From Mobula hypostoma (Eukaryota), in assembly GCF_963921235.1 (NCBI RefSeq), contig NC_086108.1, positions 111,726,001-111,790,000 on the forward strand: a stretch of DNA of 64,000 nucleotides. The letters run 5' to 3'. Shown here one piece after another: positions 12,458 to 25,649 of the stretch. The translations under genes and the position numbers were made by a program. Within the stretch, counting starts at the first letter, position 1; each line of letters starts with the position of its first letter. The notes beneath the pieces were generated by a model. The model was not told the origin of the DNA, made no database searches, and saw only the letters and a program-made list of their open reading frames with translations.

Positions 12458-13617
12458 CTGTAGTACTGTGCAAAGATGTAGAATTCTGCTAAATTACAAA
12501 ATAAATGGTGTACATAAATGAGGAATAACAAGGCAGCAAATCATAAACTTAAGAGATTCTGCAGGTGCTGGAAATCCAGAGCAACACACTCAAAATACTA
12601 CAGGAACTCAGCAGGTCAGGCAGTATCTATGGAAATGATAAACAGTTGACGTTTTGGCCCAAACCCCTTCATCAGGACTGGGAAGAAAGGAGGAAGAAGC
12701 CAGAGATACTGCCCATAAATGCTGATCACTTACGCAGAGCATCTTTGCAGAGATACTGCATAGATCTCTGTATATCTGCAGCTCTTTGTATGTGTTGCTC
12801 TGTGATTTTGATGTTATTCATTCTATAGGAGAAGTCATCTTCCACTAATTGATCCCCCTCCTCTTTCCCTTGGTTCCATCGTTCACTGTCCAGAGAGAAT
12901 GATGGGGGTGGGGGGGAATTTGATTATGCTGGATGCATTACTGAGGCAGAGAGAAGTGTGGACAGAGCCCTTGGAGGGGAGGTTGCTTTCTGGGATGTGC
13001 CGAGCACTGCGGTTTCTTGTGGTCATGCACAGAGCAATTGCCATAAGTAGTCTCTAGTTATATCCCTGAAGGGATTGTTATCACAGGAAGTGTATTTTCT
13101 GACTTACGGGCAAACTGGATTTAAGGGCATCTGTGAAAATTGAACCCGTTCATTACCTAGGGCAGCCACCACCCAGATCATGCTCTCTTCTCCCTGCTGT
13201 CATCAGGAAGAAGCTACGGGAGCCTCAGGACTCACACCACCAGGCTCAGGAACAAACAGTCAGAGGGGAGAGCTTCACTCACCCCAACACTGAACTGTCC
13301 CCATAACCTGTGGACTCATTTTCAAGGTCTCTTCATCGCATGCCCTCGATATTTATTGTTTATTTATTTATTATTATTTAAAATTTTTGTATTTGCCCAG
13401 ATTGTTGTCTTTTGCACACTGGTTATCCAACTTGTTGTGTGTGGACTTTGGGTGATTCTATTATGTTTCTTTTCATCTACAGTGAAGCCCGCAAGAAAAT
13501 GATTCTCAGGGTCATAGATAGTAACATATCTGTACTTGGGTGATAAATTTACTTTGAACTTTGATTTTCTGCTGCTAAGCAGTATGTGAGATTAGAAATC
13601 CATGTCTTTCTTTACAG

Positions 13618-13802
13618 TGTTCACTGAAGCCGTGGCCCCTCTCTATCTCACCTCCAAGACTCAGGAAATCTTTCAATGTGTAATTGACCGGGACGTCACC
13701 CAGGAGAAGCCATACAAGTTAATCAAAAAGGAGTTCATCATCGATGACATGAAGACAAGGGCAGCTGTGTCTGATTTCCATCCCTACAAGCACCCAATCA
13801 TG
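13618..13802 (+). CDS. DNAI3: DNAI3/WDR63 coding exon
   Basis: tttacag| ... ATG|gttggt. Encodes (V)FTEAVAPLYLTSKTQEIFQCVIDRDVTQEKPYKLIKKEFIIDDMKTRAAVSDFHPYKHPIM, matching recalled WDR63 motifs KTQEIF, PYKLI and RAAVSDFHP. Confidence 0.92.
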
Positions 13803-14289
13803 GTTGGTACTGAGTTAAGTTCAAATTCAACCATACCCATGTATAGTATACCCCCAAACAAAACAATGTTCCTCTGGACCAAGGTGCACAACACAGTACA
13901 TATAACTCACACACAACACATAAAGTAATATTACCCCAAGTAAACTAACAAATAATAAGGTGCATATACGATACAAGTTTAAAAAGTACACTGTATAACA
14001 CTACTGGTGCTTCATGTGTGATGAGGTCTATGATGAGAGTCATTCGTGGTGGCAGGGATTCAGTCATATTATGTCCCGGGAGAAGTAGCTGTTTCCCACC
14101 CAAACAGTTATTGACCTAATGCCATGTTACCTCCTGCCTGATGGTAGGGGGTCAAAGAGATTGTTGGACAGATGGGAGGGATCATTGACAATGCTAAGGG
14201 GCCTGCGCGTGCAGTGCTCATTATAGATATCTCGAGTAAGTTGAAGAGAGAACCCCAACGATCCTGTCAGAGGTTCTCGCATTCCTTGA

Positions 14290-15885
14290 GGACTTCATAG
14301 AATGCATCTGTGATGGCTTTCTTGAACAGCATGTTACTGAACCTACAAGGGAACGTGCTATCTTAGATCTGGTCTTGTGCAATGAGACAGGGAAAATTAG
14401 TGATCTTGTAGTTAGGGATCCTCTTGGAAAGAGTGATCACAGTATGATTGAAGTTCTTGTACAAATGAAGGGTGAAATAGTTTGACCTAAAACCAGTGTA
14501 TTATGCCTAAACAATGGAGACTACAATGGGATGAGGGAGGATTTGGCAAGTGTAGAGTGGGAATATGGGCTATATGGTGGGACAGTTGAGGAAAAGTGGA
14601 AGACTTTCAAAGAGATTTTTCATGGTACTCAACAAAAGTATATTCCAGTTAAAAGCAAGGACAGTGAGGGTGGGGAGAGCCAGCCTTGGATAACTAAGGA
14701 AATAAAAGAAGTCATCAAACTAAAAGCTCGTGCATACAAAGTCACCAAGAGTAGTGGGAAACTGGAAGATTGGGAAAACTTTAAAAGCAACAAAGAACCA
14801 CTAAGTGAGCAATAAAGAAAGAGAAGACAGATTATGAAAATAAACTACCACAAATATAAAAACAGGTAGTAAATTTTTTATAATTATATAAATCGGAAAA
14901 GGGTGGCTAAAGTGAATGTAGGTTCCTTGGAGAACGAGAAGCTGGAATTGATATTGGGTAATGAGGAATTGGCGGAGACTTTGAATGACTATTTTGTGTC
15001 AGTCTTCAAGGTGGAGGACGTAGCTAACATGCCAAAGAGAGATGTTATATATGCAATAGGAAGTAAGGACCTCGATACAATAGCTATCACTGAAGAGGCA
15101 GTGCTGAGCAAACTTGTGGGCCTGAAGATAGACAAGTCCCCTCGTCCTGATGGAATGCATCCCAGGGTGCTGAAAGAAATGGCAGACGTTATAGTCGAGG
15201 CTTTGGTGATAATTTACCAAAATTCTCCGGACTCTGGGCAGGTCCCAGTGGATTGGAAGACGGTGAATGTCACACCACTGTTTAAAACAGTATGTAGGCA
15301 AAAGGCAGGTAACTATAGGCCAGTCAGTTTAACATCTGTAGTTGGGGAAAATGCTTGAAGCTATCATTAAAGAAGAAATAGCAAGGCATCTGGAAAGAAA
15401 TGGATCCATCAGGCAGACGCAACATGAATTCAGAAAAGACAAGTGCTGTTTGACTGGAGTTCTTTGAGGATTTAATGAGTGTAGTGGATAGAGGGGATCA
15501 GATGGACATAATTTACTTGGATTTCCAGAAGGCGTTCCATAAGGTGCCATGTAAAGAGTTATCCATAAGATAAAGATGCATAGAGTTTTGGGTGATGTAT
15601 TAGCATGGACAGAGGAATAGTGGACCAATATAAAGCAGAGATTTGGAATACATGGGTGTTACTCTGGTTGGCAATCAGTGGTGAGCAGTGTGCCACAGGG
15701 GTGATGCTGGCCCCACAACTGTTCACAATATACATTAATGATCTGGAAGAGGGGACAGAGTGTAGTGTATCTGATTTTGCCTGTGGCACTGAATTGAGTG
15801 GAAAAGTAAATTGTACAGAAGATACAGAGAGTCTGCAGAGGGATATAGATAGGTTAAGTGAGTGGGCAAGGGTCTGGATAATGGA
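14290..15885 (+). mobile_element. CR1 LINE ORF2 fragment
   Basis: ORFs 14531..14815, 14903..15358 (PDGMHPRVLKE, NYRPVSLTS) and 15605..15928. Confidence 0.85.
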
Positions 15886-15888
15886 ATA

Positions 15889-16575
15889 CAGGTTTCCCCC
15901 GCCATCCAAAGGTAGAGCGTTCCTGTGAAACGGTTTGTAAGCCGAAATGTCGTAAAGCGAAAAAGCAATTACCATTTAATTATATGGGAAAATTTTGTGA
16001 GCGTTCGCAGGCCCAAAAAAAACCTACCAAATCATGCCAAATAACACATAAAGCCTAAAATAACAGTCACATATAGTAAAAGCAGGAATAATATGATAAA
16101 TACACAGCCTATATAAAGTAGAAATACTTTTCCACAATCGTTACTGAGCTGTTCACCAAAGCGAAAATCTCACGCAAGCGCTCTCGGCAGAAAATCTCAC
16201 GCAAGCGCTGTTGGCAAAAACACCGCGCAAGCGCTCTCCAGTAACCTTTAAGCTATGAAGCTGCCAAATCATACCAAATAACACGTAAAAATACACAGCC
16301 GATATAAGGTAGAAATAATGTATGTACAGTGTAGTATCACTTACTGGAATCGGGAAGACAAGACAAAGCACACTGATGATGGTGTGTTAGGCTGAGTCGT
16401 CAGAGGCTGGGGTGGTGCAATGGCCCCCACCGTCCAGGCCGCCGACCGATACATTGCCGCGAAGCATGCAGGGGTCCAGCGGTAGCCGGGAGGCACACAG
16501 CACATCTTTAAGAAAAAAGCTGAAATTAATGCCGCCCGACACGTAATTGTCGGCCCAGATCAGTGCCGATTGCCG
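15889..16575. mobile_element. Composite non-autonomous DNA transposon fragment (Tigger-like start plus hAT-like module)
   Basis: Begins TA|CAGGT. About 15895-16130 resembles 800-1030, and about 16415-16565 resembles 43290-43455. Confidence 0.55.
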
Positions 16576-16978
16576 AGGGGCATGGTGTTTACACAGAGAG
16601 TGGAGGGTGCCTAGAATGTGCTGGCTGGGGTGATGGTAAAGCCCGATACAGTAGGGACTTTTAAAAGACGTTTAAATAGGCACATGAATGTGAGAAAAAT
16701 GAAAGGATATGGACATTGAGTAGGTCGAAGAGATTAGTTAGGTTGGCCATTGGATTACTAATTTAACTGAAGGTGCTGTACTGTTCTCAGTTCTACGTTC
16801 TAATAAATTTGTCAAAGCCTGACTACATAACGTAAATTTAGCAGATGACTGAGCATTGAATAGCATAACACAGAAGCCTGAATGTATTTACCTGTAGCTG
16901 TACACACCCCCATATATCTTTCTGGGATTTTTACTGAAGTTTTAAGAATGCTTTTAATAAATTATTCCTTCAACACAG

Positions 16979-17083
16979 GATTACCAAGGCAATGAACTTC
17001 TGGTAGTCTATGATATCGATTCCATGTACGGACAAAATTTCTACCTTGCACTCAATGAAATGATGAAGGGGATAATCCTGAAT
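16979..17083 (+). CDS. DNAI3: DNAI3/WDR63 coding exon
   Basis: caacacag| ... |gtgagt, phase 0/0. Encodes DYQGNELLVVYDIDSMYGQNFYLALNEMMKGIILN. Confidence 0.92.
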
Positions 17084-17299
17084 GTGAGTAATTTTATTCC
17101 GAAGAAACAAAAGGAGGACTCATTCAATACAATTACGTGTGATCTGTGACAACACACTCCAGATATCCTTGTTCCATCTGGCTTGGTAACTGTAACTAGG
17201 AAAGGATTATTGAGTTTAAATTATTAATCAGCAAGGAGGCTCAAAAGGGGCAGTGGATAAAAATAGTTGTGTAATTCCTGTATTGAGTTGCTTCTCAAG

Positions 17300-17679
17300 A
17301 TAGATAGAGAGGGAGAGACACTCAGAGCGAGGGAGAGAGAGAGAGTGAGAGAGAGAGACAGAGAGAGAGAGAGAGACACACACACACACAAAGAGAGAGA
17401 AACTCAGAGAGAGAGAGAGACACTAAGCATGAGATAGAGACAAAGACAGACTCAGAGAGAGAGAGAAAGACTTGGGAGGGAGAGGGAGGGAGGAGAGCGA
17501 CTCGGAGAGGGAGAGACTCGAGGAGGGAGAGGGAGAGTAAGGCCTGGGAAGGGAGAGAGAGAGAAAGAAAAACTCAGGGAGGGATGAGAGAGAGAGGGAG
17601 AGAGAGAGACAGAGTGAGAGAGTCTCGGCGGGTGGAGAGACAGAGAGAGACTCGGTGGGAGACAGAGAAAGAGAAAACA
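17300..17679. repeat. Imperfect (GA)n/(CA)n microsatellite
   Basis: Long purine-rich GA runs seen directly. Confidence 0.9.
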
Positions 17680-17810
17680 ACAGGAATTCTGCAGATGCTG
17701 GAAATTCAAGCAACACACATCAAAGTTGCTGGTGAACGCAGCAGGCCAGGCAGCATCTATAGGAAGAGGCGCAGTCGACGTTTCAGGCCGAGACCCTTCG
17801 TCAGGACTAG
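17680..17810 (-). mobile_element. 131-bp PLE 3' end insert with intact hammerhead (17772-17809)
   Basis: Matches the PLE terminus at 10961-11092. Flanked by the direct repeat agagaaagagaaaaca at 17664-17679 and 17811-17826. Confidence 0.75.
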
Positions 17811-18699
17811 AGAGAAAGAGAAAACAGGCTTTCTGGTCCCACTCATCCATAGTGACCACGGCACCTACCTAAGCCAGTTTCATGGTTTATCCAATTTACT
17901 GTATTTTCCCCCCTCCCTCTTCTATTCCCCATTCCAACCTCTTACCTCTTCTCCTCATTTGCCAATAATCTCCCCTTGGTGCCCCTCCTCCCATGGTCTA
18001 CCCTCTTCTATCAGATTCCTTCCTCTCCAGACCTTTAACCTTTCCGCCTAACTCCTCCCGGTTTCTCACTTCCTCCCTCACCCAGCTGGCTTCACCAGTC
18101 ACCCCCCAGCTTCTACTCTCTCCCGTCCCCTACCTGCTTATCCCGGCTTCTTCCTCCTTCCCTTCCAGTCTCGATGAACGGGCTCCACCAGAAACATGTT
18201 CTGTTTATTCATTGCCATCGATGCTGCCTGACCTGCTGAGCTCCTCCAGCATTTTGTGTGTGGCTCTGTTGTTGTCGTCTTGCCTTGTTTTGCCGTTGCT
18301 GTTGTTGTTTGTGTTGTTCGTGGGCACGCAATGTTGGCGCCGGGATGTGTGCCCTCAGTACATCCTCAGGTTGTGTTGGTCGTTAACTCAAACAAGGCAT
18401 CTCACTGTTTCAATGTGCACATGGCAAATAAATCAGGATCAGAATCACCAGCTCGTGTCCTCAGATTTCTTGTTTTGTGGCAGCACTACATTGTAATAAT
18501 AATAAAAAAAACTAAATTACAGTAAGAAGTATATATATTTTTAAAAAGTTAAATTAAATAAGTAGAGCAAAAAGAGAAATAAAAGTAGTGAGGTTGTGTT
18601 CGTGGTTTCAATATACATCCAGAAATTGGATTGTGGACAGGAAGAAGCTGTCCTGAATTGCTGACTGTGTGTGTTTCCTAATTTACTCCCAATGCTAGT

Positions 18700-19130
18700 A
18701 ACATATCACTCTCATCCCTATCCCAGTGATCCCCATCTCCTGGATACCCAGTCGCCTCTTGGTCTCATTCCTACCCATGTCATTCCCATTGCCAGGATTC
18801 TCAGTAGCCTATTGCTATCAGCCCTATCACTGAGACATTCCCATCTCCGGATATCCAGTAGCCCATTCCTCTCATCGCTATCCTGGAGTCATTCCCATTG
18901 CCCGGATTCCCAGTAGCCCATTGGTCTCAGTGCTGTCCCTTAGTCATTCCCATTGCCAGGATTCCCAGTAGCCCATCGCTCTCATCGCTATCCCGGAGTC
19001 ATTCCCATTGCCGGGATTCCCAGTAGCCCATCGCTCTTATCGCTATCCCGGAGTCATTCCCATTGCCAGGATTCCCAGTAGCCTATTGGTCTCAGTGCTG
19101 TCCCTCAGTCATTCCCTTCTCCAGGATACC
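18700..19130. repeat. 55-bp minisatellite, about 8 copies
   Basis: cattccc anchor recurs at 18781, 18836, 18890, 18945, 19000, 19055 and 19110. Confidence 0.9.
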
Positions 19131-20029
19131 AGACCACGATGGGACCAGTGTTGGATTTTGATGGTTTTAATCCAAGGTTCTTTCGGAAGTCAGAAAAAAG
19201 GCACAAAACTTGCTGTTTCCTGATCATTTTATTAAGCGCCAATAGAACAGAGAAAATTGGAAATGGACCTTAAGAATAACAGAGGCCAGTAGTGAAAGGG
19301 AGAGAAGAAACAAAAGATGGCAGGTTCTCGTGGTCAGATTTTTATACCCCATAGATAAGAAACGTTCCATTCAAATTCATAGATAGATACTTATGATTAT
19401 GAGGACACGGAGTCCCCTTTTATTGTCATTTAGTAATGCATGCATTAAGAAATGATACAATGTTTTTCCAGAATGATATCACGAAAACACATGACAAACC
19501 GAATTTAAAAACTAACAAAAACCACATAATTATAACATATAGTTACAACAGTGCAAAGCAAAACTGTAATTTGATAAGAACAGGCCATGGCACAGTAAGA
19601 GTCTCAAAGTCCCTCGAAAGTCCCATCATCTCATGCAGACGGTGAACCTCCAGCGCCGCAAACTTGCCGATTCAGCATCCTGGAAGCATCCGACCACAGT
19701 CCGACTCCGAGTCCGTCCGAAAAGTCTGAGCCTCCGACCAGCTCTCCGACACCGAGCACCGAGCACCATCTCTGCTGAGCACTTCGACCCTGGCCCCGGC
19801 AACAGGCAATAGGCAAAGCCCAGGATTCGGGGCCTTCCCCTCTGGAGATTCTCGATCGTACAGTAGCAGTGGCAGCGAAGCAGGCATTTCAGAAGTTTCT
19901 CCAGATGTTCCTCTGCGCTTCTCACAGCTGTCTCCATCAAATCCGGATTGTGCACGGCACCCCTAGATACACCTATTGATATTCATTCGGAACAGCCGCG
20001 TGCACTGCATCGCGCCGTCATCTTCTCCT

Positions 20030-21530
20030 CCCTCTTTTATTGATCCCAAAGAAACTACAGTGTCACAGTAGCATTACAAGTGCACAGATTTACAAATATA
20101 GAAAGATTAGAAGAGACGTAAGAAAGAATAAAAAAATAAGTTACCTCAAACAGGAGAGGGTCGTCATTTCCCCAGCTAGGTTGACTCATTATAGAGCCTA
20201 ATGGCTGAGGGTTAGAATGACCTCATATAGCACTCTTTGGAACAGCACAGTTGTCTATTACTAAAAGTGTTTCTCTGTTCAGCCAAGGTGGTATGCAGAG
20301 GGTGAGAAACATTGTCCAGAACTGCCAGGATCTTCCGTAGAGTCCTTTGTTCTACCACAGCCTCCAGTGTGTCTAGATTGACTCCTATAACAGAGCCAGT
20401 CTTTCTAATCAGTTTACTGAGCCTGTTGGCATCACCTGTGTTGATGCCATTGCTCCAGTACATCACCATATAGAAGATTGTACTGGCAACAACGGTCTGG
20501 TAGAACATGTGAAGGAGAGGCCTGCATACTCCAAAGGACCTCATTCTCCTCAGGAAGTAGAGGAGACTCTGGCCCTTCTTGTACACAGTCTCTGTGTTGG
20601 TGATCCACTCAAGCCTGTCATCCAGGTGCACCCCCAGGTACTTGTAGGTCCTCACTTCATCCACGTCCTCACCATCTATAGTAACAAGGAGCTGTGCAGG
20701 CTGAGTCTTCCTAAAGTCCATCACCATCTCCTTTGTCTTACTGATGTTGAGCTGCAGCTTGCACCATTCGACAAAGTCCTCCACCAGGGCCCTGTATTCA
20801 TTCTTCCATCCTTCCTTCATACACCCAACTATTGCTGTCATCAGAGAATTTCTGTAGATGACCTGAGCCAGTGTACCAGCCTTCTCCTTCCCAACCTCCC
20901 CCCACCTTCTTTATAGGGCCTCTGCCCCTTCCCTCTACAGTCCTGACGAAGGGTTCCAGCCTGAAACGTCGACTGATCTTTTCCACGGATGCTGCTCGAC
21001 CTGCTGAGTTCCTCCAGCGTGTTGCCAGTGTTGTGTCTGAAGTCCAAGGTATACAGGGTTTACAGAATGGGAGCCAATACAATCCCCTGTGGGGCCCCAG
21101 TGCTGTTTATAGCCATGTGACACACAACTCTGAAGCTGCACGAACTGTGGTCTGCCAGACAGGAAGTCCATTATCCAGGATACATTGGAAGTGCCAATCT
21201 GCATTGAATGGAGCTTTTCCCCCAGCAATGAGGACTGCATGGTATTGAAGGCACTTGAGAAATCAAAACATGATTTTCACAGTGCTGACCTGCTTATCCA
21301 AATGGGAGTAGGCTCTGTTCAGTGGATAGATGACAGCATTACCACTCCAGTGTGCTCTTCGTAGGCAAACGTCAGGGGATTGAAGGCTGATATGACCAGG
21401 GATAGGAGGTGAGCCAGGCCCAGCCTTTTAGGGTCTTCATGATGTTTGAGGTCAGGGCCACTGGACAGTAGTCATTCAAGTCTTTCGGTTGGCCCTTCTT
21501 GGGTGCTGGTACCACACTTGATGCTTTCCA
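20030..21530 (-). mobile_element. Rex1/Babar-like LINE 3' fragment
   Basis: ORFs 20212..20841 (LNISKTKEMVMDFRK, YKYLGVHLD) and 21372..21644 (LNDYCPVALTS). Confidence 0.8.
20875..21023 (+). mobile_element. 149-bp PLE-derived insert with intact hammerhead (20938-20975)
   Basis: cagtc-CTGACGA-a-gggttccagcct-GAAA-cGTC-gactg. 8-bp TSD gccagtgt at 20867-20874 and 21024-21031, interrupting the Rex1-like RT. Confidence 0.8.
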
Positions 21531-22509
21531 TTCAGTTGGCCTGCTGCGTTCACCAGCAACTCTTATGTGTGCATACTGTGACCACAGAAAATATACTATA
21601 CAGTCACATGTATATAAGCAGTTATAAAAAATATTAACAGGCAAGAATTGTTAAACTGCAAAAATGATGACAATTAAACAGTCACCCAACACCAGTCAGG
21701 ACACGCAGTGGGCTGAAGGGCCTGTTTCTAAGCTGTATCTCTCTGACTCAATCTCCTTACCTTTCAAAATGGCATGGGTAGGGCAGCACAGTAGTGTAGA
21801 TAGATATACTTTATTGATCCCGAGGGAAATTGGGTTTCATTACAGCCGCACCAACTAAGAATAGAGCATAAATATAGCAATACAAAAACCACAAACAAAA
21901 ACCAAAAACGGTTAGCAGTTAGCACAACCACTTTACAGCATCCATGATGACTGATTGGAATTCAGTTCCCGCTGCTGTCAATAAGGGGTTTGTATGTTTT
22001 CTTAGTGACAGGTTCTCTGGTTTCCTCTCACAGTCCAAAGATGGACCAGTTAGTTATCTTGTTTCAAAGTAATCGAGTTGCTTCACCTCTTTCTCAAAGT
22101 AACCTTCCATAATTGACAATCAGTCTGAGTGAATTTTGTTCACTGCTGGAAACACCAGTGTTTACCGGGTGGCATGGTAGTCTGGTGTTTAGTGCTACAT
22201 TTTACAGCACCAGCGACTGAGGCTCGGTTACCACTGGTTTCCATCAGGAGCTTATGTTCTCCAAGTGACTGTGTGGGTTTCCTCCCACATCCCAGAGATG
22301 TATAGTTAGAGTCAGCGAGTTGTGGGTGTGTCACGGTGACGCGGGAAGTGTGGCAACACCTGTGCCACCACAATCCTTGGACCATGTTGGTCACTGACGC
22401 AAAGTGATGCATTTCGCTGCTTCGAAGCACAAAGCTAATCATAAAAAGTATGCAAAAAAATACATCACCTGAAAGGAACTGATTCCAGATCTTGGTCTCT
22501 CTCTTGCAG

Positions 22510-22638
22510 TCTTTCGAGGCCACTGAGAATCAAAATCCAGACTTTGAGGTGGTGATTGAAACTAAAAGAAGGCCGTGGATTGACCTGGGCAGCGGCATTG
22601 AAATCGAAGAGGAAAAGTTTGAAGAATCTCCAACTAAG
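22510..22638 (+). CDS. DNAI3: DNAI3/WDR63 coding exon
   Basis: ctcttgcag| ... AAG|gtcaca (weak donor), phase 0/0. Encodes SFEATENQNPDFEVVIETKRRPWIDLGSGIEIEEEKFEESPTK (PWxxLGS..EIEEE motif). Confidence 0.85.
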
Positions 22639-24039
22639 GTCACAGCTGATATCTACGTGCATATTTACTGGGATGGAGAACGGCCAATCTAAAATGTCTG
22701 GGCTTTTGTTATCTTGGCCAACCTCATTATCTGCACCAGTGCAAGCTGGTTCCCTAAGGTTGTCACAGCTGGGTAGGGGGAGGAGGGGGTTTGGGGGGGT
22801 GATGATGGGGATGAGCTCCTCAAATAGCCCCTGACAACCAAGTTCAGCTCCTGGCCTTTATGTGTGGCCTAGCTACCAAGTCCAGTGGATCCATTTCTAC
22901 CGACAGGAGAAGGGGCAAAGGTGGGTTACCGGCGCCTCAAAACCAGTCGCTTCAGGCAGATGGAGCTCGTCAGCCGTGGTTGGCAGGTCATCTAGGAGAA
23001 GGAAAACTTTGATCTCAAACCTCTGCTGCCTTTCAGCTATACCCACTCATGAGGAAGGTTTTGGGAGGAAGCCCCAAGGGGAGGATGCGGAGCTGGACTC
23101 CCTAAGGCAGTCCCATGTTGAGTTTAACGCTGACTGGCAACTCTTGTGATGTAGGAAGTAGTCTATTTTGTTATATGTATTGAGGTACAGTGAAAAGCTT
23201 CTCTTGTATACAGTTTACGTAGATCAGATCATTACACAGCAGAACAAGGTGAAACAACAGGATTCCCAATAAATCTGCAGCTACAGACAGTACAATGCAG
23301 TAAAATGCAAATTTATAATCATGCAGGATGTGAGTTCAAGAATCCAAGAGTCCCTGAATCAAAATCTGATGGTGGAGGAGAAGAAGCTGTTTCCCAAATA
23401 ACTGCAAGGGCCGTGATGAAGTAGATCAGGAAATCAAGAGTTCATCTTTGGTGTAAGAGAGGCTTGTTCAAGAGTCTCATGACAGTAGAATGGAGGCTAA
23501 TCTTGGGCCTGCTGGCACGTGATCTCAAGCTTTCGTACCTTCTGCTCACGGGAGATGGGGGAAGAGAGAATGGCTAGGATGGGTAGGGTCTTTGATTATG
23601 CTGCCTGAGGCTGGATTATAAATGTCAGATCTGCATCTAGATAGAGAAGCAGCAATATAAATCAGATCAGATTTATCATCACTGACCTAGATGGTGTGAA
23701 ATTTGTCATTTTGTGGTAGAAGTACATCACGAAGGCGTTGAGTTACGAGAACAGGTAAATTGTGGAAAAATGGGATAATGAGGTGGTGTTCATGGATTCA
23801 TGGACCATTCAGAAATCTAATGATGGTGGTGAATGAGCTGTTCCTAAAACGTTGCGTGTGGATCTTCCTCTTCCCTGATGGTAGTAATGAGAAGAAGGCA
23901 TGTTCCAGATGGTAAGAGCTCTTTGTGATGGGTGCCGCCTTATTGAGACATCACCGACTGAAGAAATTCTCAATGGTGGGAAAGGTCGTGCCTATGATGA
24001 TATTCATGCTGTCTCCGAAATCCATTCATGTCATTACAG

Positions 24040-24239
24040 CTGAAATTCGTGGTGTCACGTGTCCGTCGGCAGTTTGGGGCTCCAGTGACCTTGTCTGACT
24101 GGAACGTTGCTGATGCCAGGGACAGCTATGTGGAGTGCACGTCCTATCAGGACAAGAGCTTCAGCATCAGAAAGCTGGAGCGGGACATTGGGATTCAGGC
24201 GGTGCCGAAATTGTGGGAAAGCAGCACACAGACTAAATG
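24040..24239 (+). CDS. DNAI3: DNAI3/WDR63 coding exon
   Basis: cattacag| ... TG|gtgagt, phase 0/2. Encodes LKFVVSRVRRQFGAPVTLSDWNVADARDSYVECTSYQDKSFSIRKLERDIGIQAVPKLWESSTQTK(W). Confidence 0.92.
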
Positions 24240-25139
24240 GTGAGTGGTTACGGGCTGTTCACGAACACATCGCTAGCCATGACTCTCACATGGTGGAGTG
24301 CGGAGCATCTAAGCTGTAGCGGAGTTGTGTGTTTTTCTGATTGGACAGTCAGTAGCCCAGGTAACCTGGGACAGATACGGGCAAACTAACACAATAACCG
24401 AGGTAACCTTGGGTAGCTACAAGGTCAATGACTCAGTAGATTATTGAGAGCCGTTCTGAGTCTCATATCTACAAAAAGATGAGCTGACAATGGAGAGAGT
24501 CCAGAAGTGGTTCACAAGAATGTTCCCGGGAATGAAAGGGTTAATAGGCGAGGTGCGTTTGATGGCCCTGGGCCTGCACTCGCTGGAGTTTAGGAGAATT
24601 GGTGGGGGGGGGGTGTAATTTCATGGAAACCTATCAAATATTGAAAGTATAGAGTCGATATTTCCCAGAGAAGGGTAGTCCAGGACCAGAGGGCATTTCG
24701 AGCATCATGAACAGCTTTGGGCCCCTTTTCGAAGAAAGGATGTGCTGGCATTGGGGAGAGTCCTGAGGAGGTTCACGCGAATGATCCAGGGAATGAAAGG
24801 GTTAATGTATGAGGGGCGTTTGATGACTCTAGCCCTGTACTCGCACAGTTTAGAAGAACGGGGAGGGGGGTTCTCATTGAAACCTGCCAAGGCTGTGTGT
24901 GTAGCCCCCTCCCACCGATCTAACCCTGTACACTTGTGACTGGGTGAACCAGCACAGCTCCAGTGCCACACTCAAGGCTGCTGATGATACCGTTCCTATT
25001 TCCCTCTCTCACTTCATCTCCTTACCTGCCCATCACCTCCCTCTTCCCCTTCTTCCATGGCCTTCTGTCCTCTCCTATCAGGTCCCCCCTCCAAGCCTCA
25101 TCCAGGAGGGCTGGTGAAAGGGGGGCAGTTTCTGGACAC

Positions 25140-25597
25140 AAATTACTCTGCAGATGCTGGGGTCAAAGCAACACTCACAACACGCTGGAGGAACTCAGCA
25201 GGTCGGGCAGCATCCGTGGAAACGATCGGTCGACGTTTCGGGCCGGAACCTTTCGTCAGGACTGAAGAGGGAAGGGGCAGAGGCCCTATAAAGAAGGTGG
25301 GGAGAGGGTGGGACGGAGAAGGCTGGTAGGTTCCAGGTGAAAAACCAGTAAGGGGAAAGATAAAGGGGTAGGGGAGGGGAGCAGGGAGGTGATAGGCAGG
25401 AAAGGTGAAGAAGGAATAGGGGAAAACACAATGGGTAGTAGAAGAAGGCGGGACCACGAGGGAGGTGATAGGCAGCTAGGGGAGGGGCAGAGTGACATAG
25501 GGATAGGGGAAGGGAGGGGGAGGGAATTACCGGAAGTTGGAGAATTCTATGTTCATACCAAGGAGCTGGAGACTACCTAGACGGTATATGAGGTGTT
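25140..25597 (-). mobile_element. PLE 3' end of a second subfamily, with hammerhead (25227-25264)
   Basis: Same subfamily as 20875-21023. Extends into the endonuclease C-terminus. Confidence 0.75.
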
Positions 25598-25649
25598 GTA
25601 AGGGGCAGTTAGAAAATAGAAACCATAGAAAAACAACAGCACAGAAACA

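Noticed and set aside
13602..13928. ORF-track starts and ends taken as gene boundaries
   Set aside because: Similarity to DNAI3 is confined between AG/GT sites. The flanks are intronic read-through, as for the other exon-overlapping ORFs.
17423..18496. Several 97-167 aa ORFs
   Set aside because: They are read-through of a GA microsatellite and PLE termini, low complexity.
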